Source of the DNA: Methanothrix sp.
Lineage (GTDB): Archaea; Halobacteriota; Methanosarcinia; Methanotrichales; Methanotrichaceae
Assembly: GCA_963682135.1 (NCBI GenBank)
Contig: OY821645.1
Span: 2,368,001 to 2,432,000, forward strand
Direction: 5' to 3'
Length of the DNA: 64,000 nucleotides
Positions 20,901 through 29,818 of this stretch are shown here, one piece after another. Every line of letters begins with the position of its first letter. Within the stretch, counting starts at the first letter, position 1. A model generated the notes under the pieces. It did not search any database and was not told the DNA's origin. It worked only from the letters and a program-made list of their open reading frames with translations. The position numbers and the translations under genes were made by a program.

Positions 20901-21196
20901 GAGGCAACCGTCAGCCGTGCATCAGGCTGGATCATCGCTGCAAGATCCTGCCCGCCTGCCTCTAAAAAGATATGAAACAACCCATCACGCAGTACGGACA
21001 GATAGTCTTTTACACCTGCCAACCCCGCGTCCTTCTGAAGAGAGAAGTACTGTGATGCAGTCTCCAGTACCTGTTGAGTCTGAACTGGTGTAAGCGTTCT
21101 CTCTACTCGAACATTACCATCGATCTGGATTTTATAGGCAAAGGTCCTGGCAGCGGCAGTTCCTGCCTCAAAGACTGTGATTGTGATATTTTGCAT
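17969..21196 (-). CDS. CHAT(degenerate)-STAND NTPase-TPR protein
   Basis: LPWELL, PLRVLF, HLAGRA and LSGRQ at the catalytic positions, GLPGSGKST, TPR array. Confidence 0.85.
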   Translation of the reverse strand: MQNITITVFEAGTAAARTFAYKIQIDGNVRVERTLTPVQTQQVLETASQYFSLQKDAGLAGVKDYLSVLRDGLFHIFLEAGGQDLAAMIQPDARLTVASPIAEVLQLPWELLHLSSQPGESDCFAVIRLPGIADGLIASSTLLTPGPLRVLFLAAEPQDYEEEEQAILKVSEGLDITLDICENGTLEELKERAESFRPHLMHLAGRAKVSGGIAVFSMQGAAGRADLRTAEELAAALKDSGLVGVILSGRQNENPCAIHQLCQKLAESIPLAVAWNAPASASKPLYRSLAAGRSMDEALLSVRRESATASALDSSPVSVPARYSFYDLPKIYDPQEKAAAIPPCRKLFALPGLTQGRTECFVNRRRDLLQLVPALREGGVQTLIITGLPGSGKSTLATYIAQQLTSAGYSILAIYGSPHNRISSARLLEAAAGHFSAMGEEALARSLKDAGRSIRERQKILLDAMKASRILMVWDGLQLAEKTGKISDPDLAEFYMLMLRGMMSSRVIITCEKLPADALSLPARAWQWKLEGLGQAAFIRYLLQDESTADRYKKGEISYALLAAHYHAASGHPSHLAQIGKALGQWDLAAEEDPLTKLTTRLSSASSHALSQASVFSVAINPVGLAAVSGLTKEQAAANANTWQDLSLAYAAGKLWAVPSSIRALLLAALNSEEQRAAQKAAGDFLRDLAEAGRSRELGLSRLDAMLEARGHYLEAKDAKNAIAVTARISGYLQRHGYYSELIMLNQELLDLNVSSAVPIAWIAKAHLDQGEYRKAAECYERALQIAPDADAYLGLGTALMHQEKYDQARENLQKSAQAYHTLGDPSGEASSMSRLASIDMLKGENDEALKKLQKIAEIMKSLGDVKGEAAALQEMARLDMIRRDYDGARQRIVRSQELLEAGGDSKGAAFALFNLASLDLEKGDFQQAGTEFAEALPLFAKMYDRSGEAAILHSLGMIHSQAGEKEKAAESFQKALRINQELADKAAEAGAFFQLGALAVQQDKVQEGLRLMALAAIVLRSIKSDDVKNVEPLVERLAAQLGLTQEQFMVMVQEILQSYTKDRGWGLVERAWGK

Positions 21197-21202
21197 AATT
21201 GC

Positions 21203-22111
21203 TCATCTCCTATTATTGATCGATTCCAGGTCCTTCCGGGCCTTGCGTTCGCAATAGTCCTTGGGCTCCAGATGTACCACCACATCCCTGACCCCGGGAA
21301 TCTTGCTCTTTATCATGCTCTCTACATCTTCCCCAACTTTATGGGCTGCATCTATGGATAGCGACGAGTCTACACCAATATGCAGATCAACGAAAATCTC
21401 CCCGATCATGCCTCGCGTGCGAACCCCGTGGCAGGTGCAGACGCCCTCTACCGACTTTGCCAGATCGATTATCAAGCTCTCTTCCACCAGAGCTTTGTCC
21501 AGCAGTACCTTGGAGTTGTCTCTTACAATCTCAAGACCCGTCAGGAGGATTAAGCCGCAGATAAGCAGAGCTATGACCGGATCGGCCAGAGGATAGCCCA
21601 TCTTGACCGCGAATAGGCTCAGGATGACGCCCACGGAGGCCAGGATATCGCTTCGCGTATGCAGGGAGTCCGCCACCAGAATGCTGCTCTTCAGCTTCTT
21701 GCCCAGGATATATTCGTAAGCCGAGACGCCGATATTGATAGCCAGGGTTATGCCCATAACTGCAAAAGACATTTCGGTTATCTGGGGAGTGGACTGGCTG
21801 TGCAGGCGATTTACCGCCGCCAGGACCAGCTCTATTGAGCCGGCAAATAGCAGTACGGCTATCCCCAGAGAGGCAAAGGTTTCGAACTTGGCGTGGCCGT
21901 AGGGATATTCTTTGTTGGGAGGGCGGGCAGCCAGGGAGATGCCCACCAGGCCGATGATGTTGGAGGTACCATCAAAGAGAGAATGCAGGCCGTCTGCGCT
22001 CATGGAAAGGGAACCGGTAAGAAGGCCGTAGCCTCCTTTGGCCAGAGCGGTTGCTATGTTGATTATGAATATTATTATAAGGATGCGCGAAACCGTCTCA
22101 TAGTAGGCCAT
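21203..22111 (-). CDS. Cation diffusion facilitator family transporter
   Basis: ADGLHSLFD, YPYGHAKFE, ADSLHTRSD; start MAYYE. Confidence 0.9.
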   Translation of the reverse strand: MAYYETVSRILIIIFIINIATALAKGGYGLLTGSLSMSADGLHSLFDGTSNIIGLVGISLAARPPNKEYPYGHAKFETFASLGIAVLLFAGSIELVLAAVNRLHSQSTPQITEMSFAVMGITLAINIGVSAYEYILGKKLKSSILVADSLHTRSDILASVGVILSLFAVKMGYPLADPVIALLICGLILLTGLEIVRDNSKVLLDKALVEESLIIDLAKSVEGVCTCHGVRTRGMIGEIFVDLHIGVDSSLSIDAAHKVGEDVESMIKSKIPGVRDVVVHLEPKDYCERKARKDLESINNRR

Positions 22112-22152
22112 CAGGATAGCTATGAAAGGGAAGCGATAAATAATTTTTTGAC

Positions 22153-22725
22153 TCAGGCGACGGTTATCACCGTTGGCATACCTCTGCCCTGCAAGTCCTT
22201 CTCTGTCAGGGCTCTGCGATTGCCTTCCCGGTCCACGAGGATCAAATTCTGCAGATGCCACTCGCCCGTCTCATTGCAGGGGGGTAGAGACATCTGTGCA
22301 TCGTAATATCCATCTTTGCCATTTCCTGAGGTGAGATTCTGGGTAGAGAAGAGCGCGGCAGCTTCCTCTCCCGACGGGCCGGAAAATGTCGCCTCAGCCG
22401 CCCAAACGCTCTGGTCGTCGATGAGGTGAGCGGTTAGGTTTACTGTCTGGGGCAAAGTGGCAAAGAGCTTTTGCGGCTGGAGGGTGAACCCCGCGATGTT
22501 CGGCGGCTGGTCGTCTGCCAGCGGGCCCACTGCCGTGCTTTGGGGCGGGGCCAGGGGGTCGGCTGTGCCTTCTGGAGAGAAGCATTCGCTGCTGCTTCCA
22601 ATCTTCACAGTCTTCTCAATGGAAAAGGAGCCCACCAGGTCCTCCACGCTTTTGCCGTAGCCGCAGGCAGGGGATGCGAGGGCGAGGAGGAGGAGAAGGG
22701 CCAAAATTAGGTCTCGATAATGCAA
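22153..22725 (-). CDS. Secreted hypothetical Ig-like protein
   Basis: Signal peptide; G..KDG.Y..GEW...VDREGN. Confidence 0.7.
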   Translation of the reverse strand: MHYRDLILALLLLLALASPACGYGKSVEDLVGSFSIEKTVKIGSSSECFSPEGTADPLAPPQSTAVGPLADDQPPNIAGFTLQPQKLFATLPQTVNLTAHLIDDQSVWAAEATFSGPSGEEAAALFSTQNLTSGNGKDGYYDAQMSLPPCNETGEWHLQNLILVDREGNRRALTEKDLQGRGMPTVITVA

Positions 22726-22837
22726 ACTGCGTTCACCTTTGTCACTGTTGGCGGGAGGCGGACAAATATCTTTTCCTGGCTGGAACTGACAAGGAGGCTG
22801 GAAAATCCTAATTACTGGCAGATCAGATTGATTTGTT

Positions 22838-23314
22838 GTGATTCAATCCGGTGACCAGTTCATCGCCGGCCGCTCCGGGGGAGTGGTCGGAGCTGTCGTC
22901 CCCTGGCGAGGGGCCTTTGCTGGTGTAGCTCCGGCGCATATATTTCACGCCGCAGGAACGCACAACCTGCGCGTAGGAGGGCAGGCCTGCAAGGTGGCTT
23001 ACATACCCAGCGATGCCGATCTGGCCTTCTTTCCGATCCTTGGAGCCTGTCGGACTACGGACCTGGGAAAGCCCAGGCTGGGCGAAGCCGATCTTAAAAA
23101 CTCACAACGCTGCCTGAAATGCCGCATCTCCGACACGTCCTGGTCGATTGTCTATGTCGTGCTGCCTTTGGGGAATCTGCCAGGCCCCGGTGACAGCGGC
23201 AGCCCCTTGATTCAGGATGGTCGCGTGGTTGGACTTCTGCTCTCGCTCAACATGCACACCTGCAAGGGGATCGCCATCTCGGCGGAGATGATAATGCGAG
23301 AAATTCGGATCTGA
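22838..23314 (+). CDS. Small trypsin-like serine protease
   Basis: APAHIF, DLAF and GDSGSP triad motifs. Confidence 0.65.
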   Translation: MIQSGDQFIAGRSGGVVGAVVPWRGAFAGVAPAHIFHAAGTHNLRVGGQACKVAYIPSDADLAFFPILGACRTTDLGKPRLGEADLKNSQRCLKCRISDTSWSIVYVVLPLGNLPGPGDSGSPLIQDGRVVGLLLSLNMHTCKGIAISAEMIMREIRI

Positions 23315-23363
23315 TTCTCAAGCCCACAAATATATCAATAAGTTGCTACCATTACTATTAATC

Positions 23364-23771
23364 ATGTCACTAAGAGAAAACATCCTCAAGGTCACGGGCG
23401 GCGAGAAGGTGGCTGCCGTGGCCACAACGCAGGAAGGCAAACCGGCCGTGAGGTTCATGGCCCTTTTTGGCCTGGACGATCTAACTATGATCGCAGCCAC
23501 CATGAAAAGCTCTCGCAAGGTCGAGCAGATCAAGAAGAATCCGGCGGTGGCGCTCTCCATCTGGTCGGGAAAGAACTTTAGCGATCCTTATGTGATAATC
23601 CAGGGCAAGGGCTCTGTCCATGAAGACCTGGGGACCAAAAAGAAGTTCTGGAATCCCAAGTTGGAAGCCTACTTCCAGAAACCGGAGAACCCTGAATATG
23701 TAGTTATCAAATTCGTTCCTCAGAGAATCGAATACTATCATGATATGACCATGGAGATCTGGGAAGGCTGA
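23364..23771 (+). CDS. Pyridoxamine 5'-phosphate oxidase-like FMN-binding protein
   Basis: KPAVRFM, SRKVEQIKKNP.V. Confidence 0.85.
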   Translation: MSLRENILKVTGGEKVAAVATTQEGKPAVRFMALFGLDDLTMIAATMKSSRKVEQIKKNPAVALSIWSGKNFSDPYVIIQGKGSVHEDLGTKKKFWNPKLEAYFQKPENPEYVVIKFVPQRIEYYHDMTMEIWEG

Positions 23772-23850
23772 TTGCAATTCCAATATCGTTTGAAAATAGA
23801 AAAATATGATGAGAAGATCCTGCCTGAGGCGGGATCTACCACTCGTTTCT

Positions 23851-25365
23851 TCAAGCAGGGTTGTAGCTTATCCGGTAGATGACCCCGTTCATGTCATCGG
23901 ATACCAGCATTGATCCGTCTTTTAGAGGCTGCACATCAACTGGCCTGCCCCAGGCGGTATCATTTTGCAGCCAGCCTTCTGCAAATATTTCCTGGCCCAC
24001 AGCGGTATTGTTCTGCAGACGAATCACAGCCAGGCGATAGCCGATAGGTGCATCCCTGTTCCAGGAGCCGTGCTCGGCTATGAATATCTGTCCCAGGTAG
24101 TCCTTGGGAAACTGTGTTCCAGTGTAAAACCTCATTCCCAGGGGAGCAACATGCGGGCCCAGCATCCAGGCGGGAGGAACCATTGTGTTGCAGGTGTAAT
24201 TCTTATCGGATCCCAGATCTGGGTCAGGAATGCTGCCTGAGTGGCAGACGGGAAAGCCGAAGTTAAGGCCTTGTACAGGCGCATGGTTGAGTTCGTCTGA
24301 GGGCACATCGTTGCCCAGCAGATCTCTGCCGTTATCTGTAAACCATAGCTCTCCTGTTGCCGGGTCCCAGTCAAAGCCCACCGAGTTCCTAACGCCCCGG
24401 GCAAATATCTCCATATCGTTGCCGTCCGGATTCATGCGCACTATGGTGGCATTCAGCTCATCATTATGATGGCAGACGTTGCAGTTCGCCCCCATGGCCA
24501 GGTAGAGCTTGCCTTCCGGCCCAAAGCCAATGTAGCGCCAGCCGTGCTGAAGATACTGGGGAAGCTCTTTGACTATGACCGGCTCCTTCGGGGCATCCAA
24601 CTGGGCCTCGATATCATCGAATCTGATGATGCGGTTGATCTCAGCCACGTAAAGAGATCCATCCTTAAAGGCCACGCCATTGGGATTGTTCAGACCTTCT
24701 GCGATGACGGAAATCTCGCCGGGCTCTGCATAGTTGTCATTATTCTTATCTACAATGGCGTAAAGAGCCGAGCCGTTAGGAGAATCGAGAGTCTCGAATG
24801 GACGGCGCGTGCCAACAAAGAGCGTTCCATTGGGGCTTAAAGCCATTGATCTGGCAAAGGTAAGATTCTCGGCATAGATCTCGATCTTAAAGTTTGGCGG
24901 AAGCAGGATCTTGTCTAAGGGAAGCGATATCTTCTCTTCAGTTGTATTTCTTCCTCCTGCCTGCTGCACTACCAGCTTGGCATCTCCCTCAACTGTGATC
25001 TCGGCAGACCTGCTGCCGGCAATGACGCAGTAGGCCGTGACCTTGAGGACATCTCCTTTGCTGGCGTTCAGGGGATAGTCATAACTGAACGTCGAAGACG
25101 TAGGCTGGCTCGTGTACTCTTTGGTCAAGATCTGCTCACCATTTTTCAGGACAGTGATCTTGAAGACATAATGGCTGGCAGGATTTGATACTACGTGGGT
25201 GGTCGTTACACTCAAGCTCTGATTCTGGCTGTCATAGGCAAGACTCACCTGGGCAGGAGGATGAGCGGTAGCTGGCAATGCCAGCATGATATACAGCAAT
25301 AGAGCCGCAAGTCTCTTGATGTTCCCGAAGTGCGAATCCTTTAAACATATAGACTTCTTATCCAT
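23851..25365 (-). CDS. Secreted PQQ-type glucose/sorbosone dehydrogenase with N-terminal metal-binding Ig-like domain
   Basis: GVRNSVGFDW, DNGRD, HVAPLG, AEHGSWNR, GRPVDV; N-terminal HPP...HYV...YC domain. Confidence 0.85.
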   Translation of the reverse strand: MDKKSICLKDSHFGNIKRLAALLLYIMLALPATAHPPAQVSLAYDSQNQSLSVTTTHVVSNPASHYVFKITVLKNGEQILTKEYTSQPTSSTFSYDYPLNASKGDVLKVTAYCVIAGSRSAEITVEGDAKLVVQQAGGRNTTEEKISLPLDKILLPPNFKIEIYAENLTFARSMALSPNGTLFVGTRRPFETLDSPNGSALYAIVDKNNDNYAEPGEISVIAEGLNNPNGVAFKDGSLYVAEINRIIRFDDIEAQLDAPKEPVIVKELPQYLQHGWRYIGFGPEGKLYLAMGANCNVCHHNDELNATIVRMNPDGNDMEIFARGVRNSVGFDWDPATGELWFTDNGRDLLGNDVPSDELNHAPVQGLNFGFPVCHSGSIPDPDLGSDKNYTCNTMVPPAWMLGPHVAPLGMRFYTGTQFPKDYLGQIFIAEHGSWNRDAPIGYRLAVIRLQNNTAVGQEIFAEGWLQNDTAWGRPVDVQPLKDGSMLVSDDMNGVIYRISYNPA

Positions 25366-25476
25366 TTGCAGCACACAAAACACCTCTTGGATAGCGAGAA
25401 CTAATAATATTAATTGGGGCAGCATCTTAATAAAAGGTTTGGCGGAATAGCAGAATATCGCAGAATAAACGGATTG

Positions 25477-26121
25477 ATGGCCTTGGAAGAATTTGATCCC
25501 GAATCCCGAATGAACGATATCCGGTCCATGTACCTGCAAGCCGATCCCGCTCATGATTTCTCTCACATCTTACGAGTCTACAGAAATGCCCGCTTAATCG
25601 GCCAGGAGGAAGGCGCAGACATGCCGGTGCTGCTCCTGGCTGCGCTGCTGCATGATGTTGGATCAGAAAAAAAGCAAACTGTGAACCAGGACGTATCAGT
25701 GGGCCTGGGACATGAGGCCGTGCAGTCCTTCCTGAAGTCCATCGGGCTAAAAGAGGCGGCAAGAGAGAAGGTCCTGTATGCCATAGATGTGCACCGATTT
25801 TCCAAAGGAATCGTCCCCGTCACTCTGGAGGCCAGGGTGCTTCAGGATGCCGATCGGCTGGATGCCATTGGAGCCATTGGAATTGCCCGCGTCTTTCTCA
25901 CCGGAGGAACTTTAGGAAGAGAGCTTTACCATCCCACCGATCCCTTCTGCCGGTCCAGAGAGCCGGATGACAATAAATGGAATCTGGACCATTTCTACAA
26001 AAAGCTGCTCAAACTGGAAGCGGGCATGCATACCAAGAGCGCCAAAAGGCTGGCTGCAGGAAGGACGACAGTCTTGAGAAGATACCTTCAGGACCTGGAA
26101 GAAGAGATTGGAAAGGTGTAA
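25477..26121 (+). CDS. HD-domain phosphohydrolase
   Basis: AHDFSHILRV, LLHDVG, QDADRLDAIG. Confidence 0.9.
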   Translation: MALEEFDPESRMNDIRSMYLQADPAHDFSHILRVYRNARLIGQEEGADMPVLLLAALLHDVGSEKKQTVNQDVSVGLGHEAVQSFLKSIGLKEAAREKVLYAIDVHRFSKGIVPVTLEARVLQDADRLDAIGAIGIARVFLTGGTLGRELYHPTDPFCRSREPDDNKWNLDHFYKKLLKLEAGMHTKSAKRLAAGRTTVLRRYLQDLEEEIGKV

Positions 26122-26124
26122 TAA

Positions 26125-27300
26125 ATGGAGTATATTTTGCATCCCCGCTCAGAGATCGATGCCCGGATAAAGAGGTTGCAGGAACGGATGGGAGAACTGA
26201 CCGGTGCCATATTGTTGGAGTCCACTGACCTGGGCTATTTCTCTGGCACTGCCCAGGAGGGTCTCATCTACGTTCCCAGAGAGGGTCTGCCCACCCTCAT
26301 GATCAGGAAGAGCCAGGAGAGGGCCAGGCAGGAGTCGCCTCTTCCCGTGCTGCCCCAAAAGAGCTACAAGTCTCTCAAGACAGATCTTGATCTGCCTGCC
26401 GGCGCGAGAATTGGCCTGGAGTTGGATGTGCTTCCTTACAATAATTATGCCCGCCTGGCAGCGGCTCTGGGCAAGGATGTCATATGTTCCGATATCTCTG
26501 AGACTATCAAGCACATTCGCTCTGTAAAGTCGGATTTTGAGATCCGGCTAATCCGCGAGGCGGCAAGGATTTTGGATGCAGGTATCGCCTCTGTGGCAGA
26601 CAACCTCAAAGAGGGCATGCGGGAGATCGATCTGGCCGTCGTTGTGGAGAGCACAATGAGGCTCATGGGCCATCAGGGCAAGGTGGCATTTAGACGGTTT
26701 AATCAGAATCTGCCCATGGGCCATCTCATGACAGGTCCCAGTGCCGCAATGCCTAGCTTCGTATCCTCTCCCACGGGCGGCAAGGGCATGTCACTTTTCT
26801 TTGCTCAGGGGCCGGGATTTGCCAGGATCAAGCGGGGTGAGAGCGTGCTGGTCGATTATGCCGGATGCTACAACGGCTACATCGCCGATGAGACGCGCAT
26901 ATTCTCCATAGGAAAGCTTTCAGCAAAGCTGGAGGATGCACATCAAGCTGCTTTGCAGATCGAAAAAGTCATAGCCGGGCAGCTTCGGCCTGGCGGGATT
27001 GGCCGCGAGATCTGGAATCTCTCTGAGGCCGAAGGAGAGCGATTGGGCTATCAGGATTTCCTGGGAGGGCCGCCGGGCAGCAAAGCCGGATTTGTGGGAC
27101 ACGGGGTGGGCTTGCAGATCGATGAGTATCCTGTTCTCGGTCCCCTGGATCATGAAATAGTCGAGAACATGATCGTTGCCGTGGAGCCGAAGATGATTTA
27201 TCCTGGAGTTGGCGTGGTAGGAATTGAGGACACTTTCCTCGTGGGATCAAAGGGAGCCGAGAGGCTGACCCGTCTGCCGCAGGAGATCTGGCAGGTCTAG
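26125..27300 (+). CDS. Xaa-Pro peptidase (M24)
   Basis: GYIADETR, GHGVGL, AVEP, GIEDT. Confidence 0.9.
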   Translation: MEYILHPRSEIDARIKRLQERMGELTGAILLESTDLGYFSGTAQEGLIYVPREGLPTLMIRKSQERARQESPLPVLPQKSYKSLKTDLDLPAGARIGLELDVLPYNNYARLAAALGKDVICSDISETIKHIRSVKSDFEIRLIREAARILDAGIASVADNLKEGMREIDLAVVVESTMRLMGHQGKVAFRRFNQNLPMGHLMTGPSAAMPSFVSSPTGGKGMSLFFAQGPGFARIKRGESVLVDYAGCYNGYIADETRIFSIGKLSAKLEDAHQAALQIEKVIAGQLRPGGIGREIWNLSEAEGERLGYQDFLGGPPGSKAGFVGHGVGLQIDEYPVLGPLDHEIVENMIVAVEPKMIYPGVGVVGIEDTFLVGSKGAERLTRLPQEIWQV

Positions 27301-27302
27301 AG

Positions 27303-27698
27303 ATGCTCGATGCAGACGAATGTGCAGTCCGCCTGCTGTCACCTGCCCAATGCCGGGATCTGATCGAGCAGTCTTCCGGCCTGCAATCAGAGAATAGCTC
27401 TTCGGATAGGGGCTGCCTGGTGATCCTGGATGTGAGAACACCCCAGGAATACCGCTCCGGCCACCTGTTCGGCTCAATTAACTTGGACTTCAGATCCACC
27501 TCGTTTGCCGATGAGCTGGCCGGGCTTGATCGCAGTAAACCTTATCTGGTCTACTGTCGCACCGGCGTTCGATCAGGGCGGGCGACGGCTCTCATGAAAT
27601 CGTTGGGATTTCGGGAGCTTTATGATCTGGCCGGTGGGATTATGAGCTGGCAAAGAGAAGGCTTCGAGATAGTCTCTGATGGGGAATTAGGTCAATGA
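27303..27698 (+). CDS. Rhodanese-like protein
   Basis: LDVRTPQEY, YCRTGVRS, LAGG. Confidence 0.9.
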   Translation: MLDADECAVRLLSPAQCRDLIEQSSGLQSENSSSDRGCLVILDVRTPQEYRSGHLFGSINLDFRSTSFADELAGLDRSKPYLVYCRTGVRSGRATALMKSLGFRELYDLAGGIMSWQREGFEIVSDGELGQ

Positions 27699-28618
27699 CC
27701 GCAAAATCCATGGGTCAAAATGTTATGGGAAAATCGTTCAGGCACATTTTAATTACATGCATCAGGCAGATTCCGATTTTCGCATTATTGCTGATGCTCC
27801 CCATATCATCAGGCCTGAATGCATCATCCGACCTTGGTACATCCACAAAGGCAGACAATTTAAAAGACAATTCTTCCCTCGAAAATTCCTCCCTGTGGCA
27901 GGTTTTTGATATACTGGAATCGAAGGATTATGTAGACCTGACCCATAGCTTCCGACCGGGAATACCTCATTGGCAGGGCTTTCCTAATGAGACGGTAGAT
28001 ACTATCTTTAACTTCAGCACATCAGGCTTTCTGGCCCAGAAGTTTTGCCTTGTAGGACAATGGGGCACCCATGTTGACGCACCGGCACATTTCCATCAAG
28101 GAAAACGCACCGTTGATCAAATAGATGTCAAGGAGATGCTGCTGCCCTTAGTAGTACTGGATATACATGAGAATGCCTCGGCAAATCCGGATTATACAAT
28201 AAGCATGGATGACGTATCCGCCTGGGAATCCAGACATGGCAAGATACCGGAAGGCTGCTTCGTGGCCCTTCGAACGGACTGGTCGAAACGCTGGCCCAAC
28301 CAGACTGCCATGCTGAATATAGACCGCGACGGGACAATGCATTATCCCGGCTGGAGCATGGAGGTGCTGCGCTACCTCTATGAAGACCGGAAGATCACGG
28401 CATCGGGCCATGAGACTACCGATACTGATCCAGGGATTCAGACGAGCAAAGATGACTACACGCTGGAGTCCTATGTCCTGGGACAGGACCATTTTCAGAT
28501 TGAACTGCTGGCAAATCTGGACAAGGTTCCTGAATATGGTGCTTTGATCGTGGCTACATTTCCCAAACCCGAGGGCGGATCAGGGTTTCCTGCAAGGGCT
28601 TTTGCAGTATTGCCTTAA
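27695..28618 (+). CDS. Cyclase/kynurenine formamidase family protein (secreted)
   Basis: GTHVDAPAHF, GGSGFPAR. Confidence 0.85.
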   Translation: MTAKSMGQNVMGKSFRHILITCIRQIPIFALLLMLPISSGLNASSDLGTSTKADNLKDNSSLENSSLWQVFDILESKDYVDLTHSFRPGIPHWQGFPNETVDTIFNFSTSGFLAQKFCLVGQWGTHVDAPAHFHQGKRTVDQIDVKEMLLPLVVLDIHENASANPDYTISMDDVSAWESRHGKIPEGCFVALRTDWSKRWPNQTAMLNIDRDGTMHYPGWSMEVLRYLYEDRKITASGHETTDTDPGIQTSKDDYTLESYVLGQDHFQIELLANLDKVPEYGALIVATFPKPEGGSGFPARAFAVLP

Positions 28619-29772
28619 TAATGCTGCAGATACCTCTCTATTCTGTCCAGCCCCTCGGCAATATTTTCCAGAGAATTGGCATAAGAGAACCTCAAGTACC
28701 CCTCACCATTTGGCCCGAAGTCTATTCCCGGCGTCACACCCACGTGCGCTTTCTCCAGGATCTCGAAGGCCAGCCGGTAAGAGTCACCCGAAAAGCTCCT
28801 GGCATTGGCGAAGACATAAAAGGCCCCCGTCGGCACCACGGTGATGGTAAATCCCAGCTCTCTCAAGCGCTTGATCATGAACTTTCGCCGCTGGTCATAG
28901 ATCCTCTTCATCTCTGCCACCTGTGGGCCCGTCTCCTGCAGAGCGGCGATGCCCGCCCTTTGAGCCAGAGAGCTGGCGCAGATGAAGAAGTTCTGTTGCA
29001 TCTTCTGAATAGGCCGGATGAACCTCTCCGGGGCGATGAGGTAGCCCAGGCGAAGCCCGGTCATGGCATAGAGCTTGGAAAAGCCGTTTAAGACAAAGGC
29101 GCGGTCGGAAAACTCCAGGATGGAGTGTTCTTTTCCCTCGTAGACCAGGCCGTGATAGATCTCATCGGAGATGATGTAGGGCGACAGCTTCGCAATGGAG
29201 CGCATGGTGCTCTCGGAGAGCAGGCAGCCGGTCGGATTGGAGGGGGAATTGATGAGAATGGCTTTTGTCTTTCTGCTGATTCTCTCCCGGATGGCCTCCG
29301 GACGCATTTGAAAACCGTCCTTTTCATAGACCGGCACTCTTGCGGGAATGCCTCCTAAAAATTTTATGAAATTGGGATAGCAGGCATAGCCCGGATCGGA
29401 GATAATCACCTCCTGGCCCTTCTCCAGCAGCGCCGCAAAGATGAGCATCATGGCCGGGGAGGTGCCGGAGGTCACCACTATCTGCTCCGGTTTAACGCAA
29501 ACGCCATAAGTCTCCAGATAGTGCCGACAGATAGCCTCGCGCAGCTCTAAGTCGCCCAAGCTATGCGTGTAATGGGTGAGCCCCTCCTCCAATGCCCTGC
29601 ATGTGGCATCCTTCACGGCAGGTGGTATATCGAAGTCCGGCTCGCCCACCTCCAGATGGATGACATTAATTCCCTGGCACTCCATCTCTCGCGCTCTCTC
29701 CAAGACATCCATGGCGATGAAAGGAGAGATCTCTTCTGCTCTTCTGGCGATCATTGCTTTCACCGTGATCAT
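28615..29772 (-). CDS. PLP-dependent aminotransferase class I/II
   Basis: NSPSNPTG, SDEIY, FSKLYAMTGLRLG. Confidence 0.9.
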   Translation of the reverse strand: MITVKAMIARRAEEISPFIAMDVLERAREMECQGINVIHLEVGEPDFDIPPAVKDATCRALEEGLTHYTHSLGDLELREAICRHYLETYGVCVKPEQIVVTSGTSPAMMLIFAALLEKGQEVIISDPGYACYPNFIKFLGGIPARVPVYEKDGFQMRPEAIRERISRKTKAILINSPSNPTGCLLSESTMRSIAKLSPYIISDEIYHGLVYEGKEHSILEFSDRAFVLNGFSKLYAMTGLRLGYLIAPERFIRPIQKMQQNFFICASSLAQRAGIAALQETGPQVAEMKRIYDQRRKFMIKRLRELGFTITVVPTGAFYVFANARSFSGDSYRLAFEILEKAHVGVTPGIDFGPNGEGYLRFSYANSLENIAEGLDRIERYLQHY

Positions 29773-29818
29773 TTCAAGTTGATATTAACTTGACGCGAGA
29801 CAATCATTTCTTCTTTTC

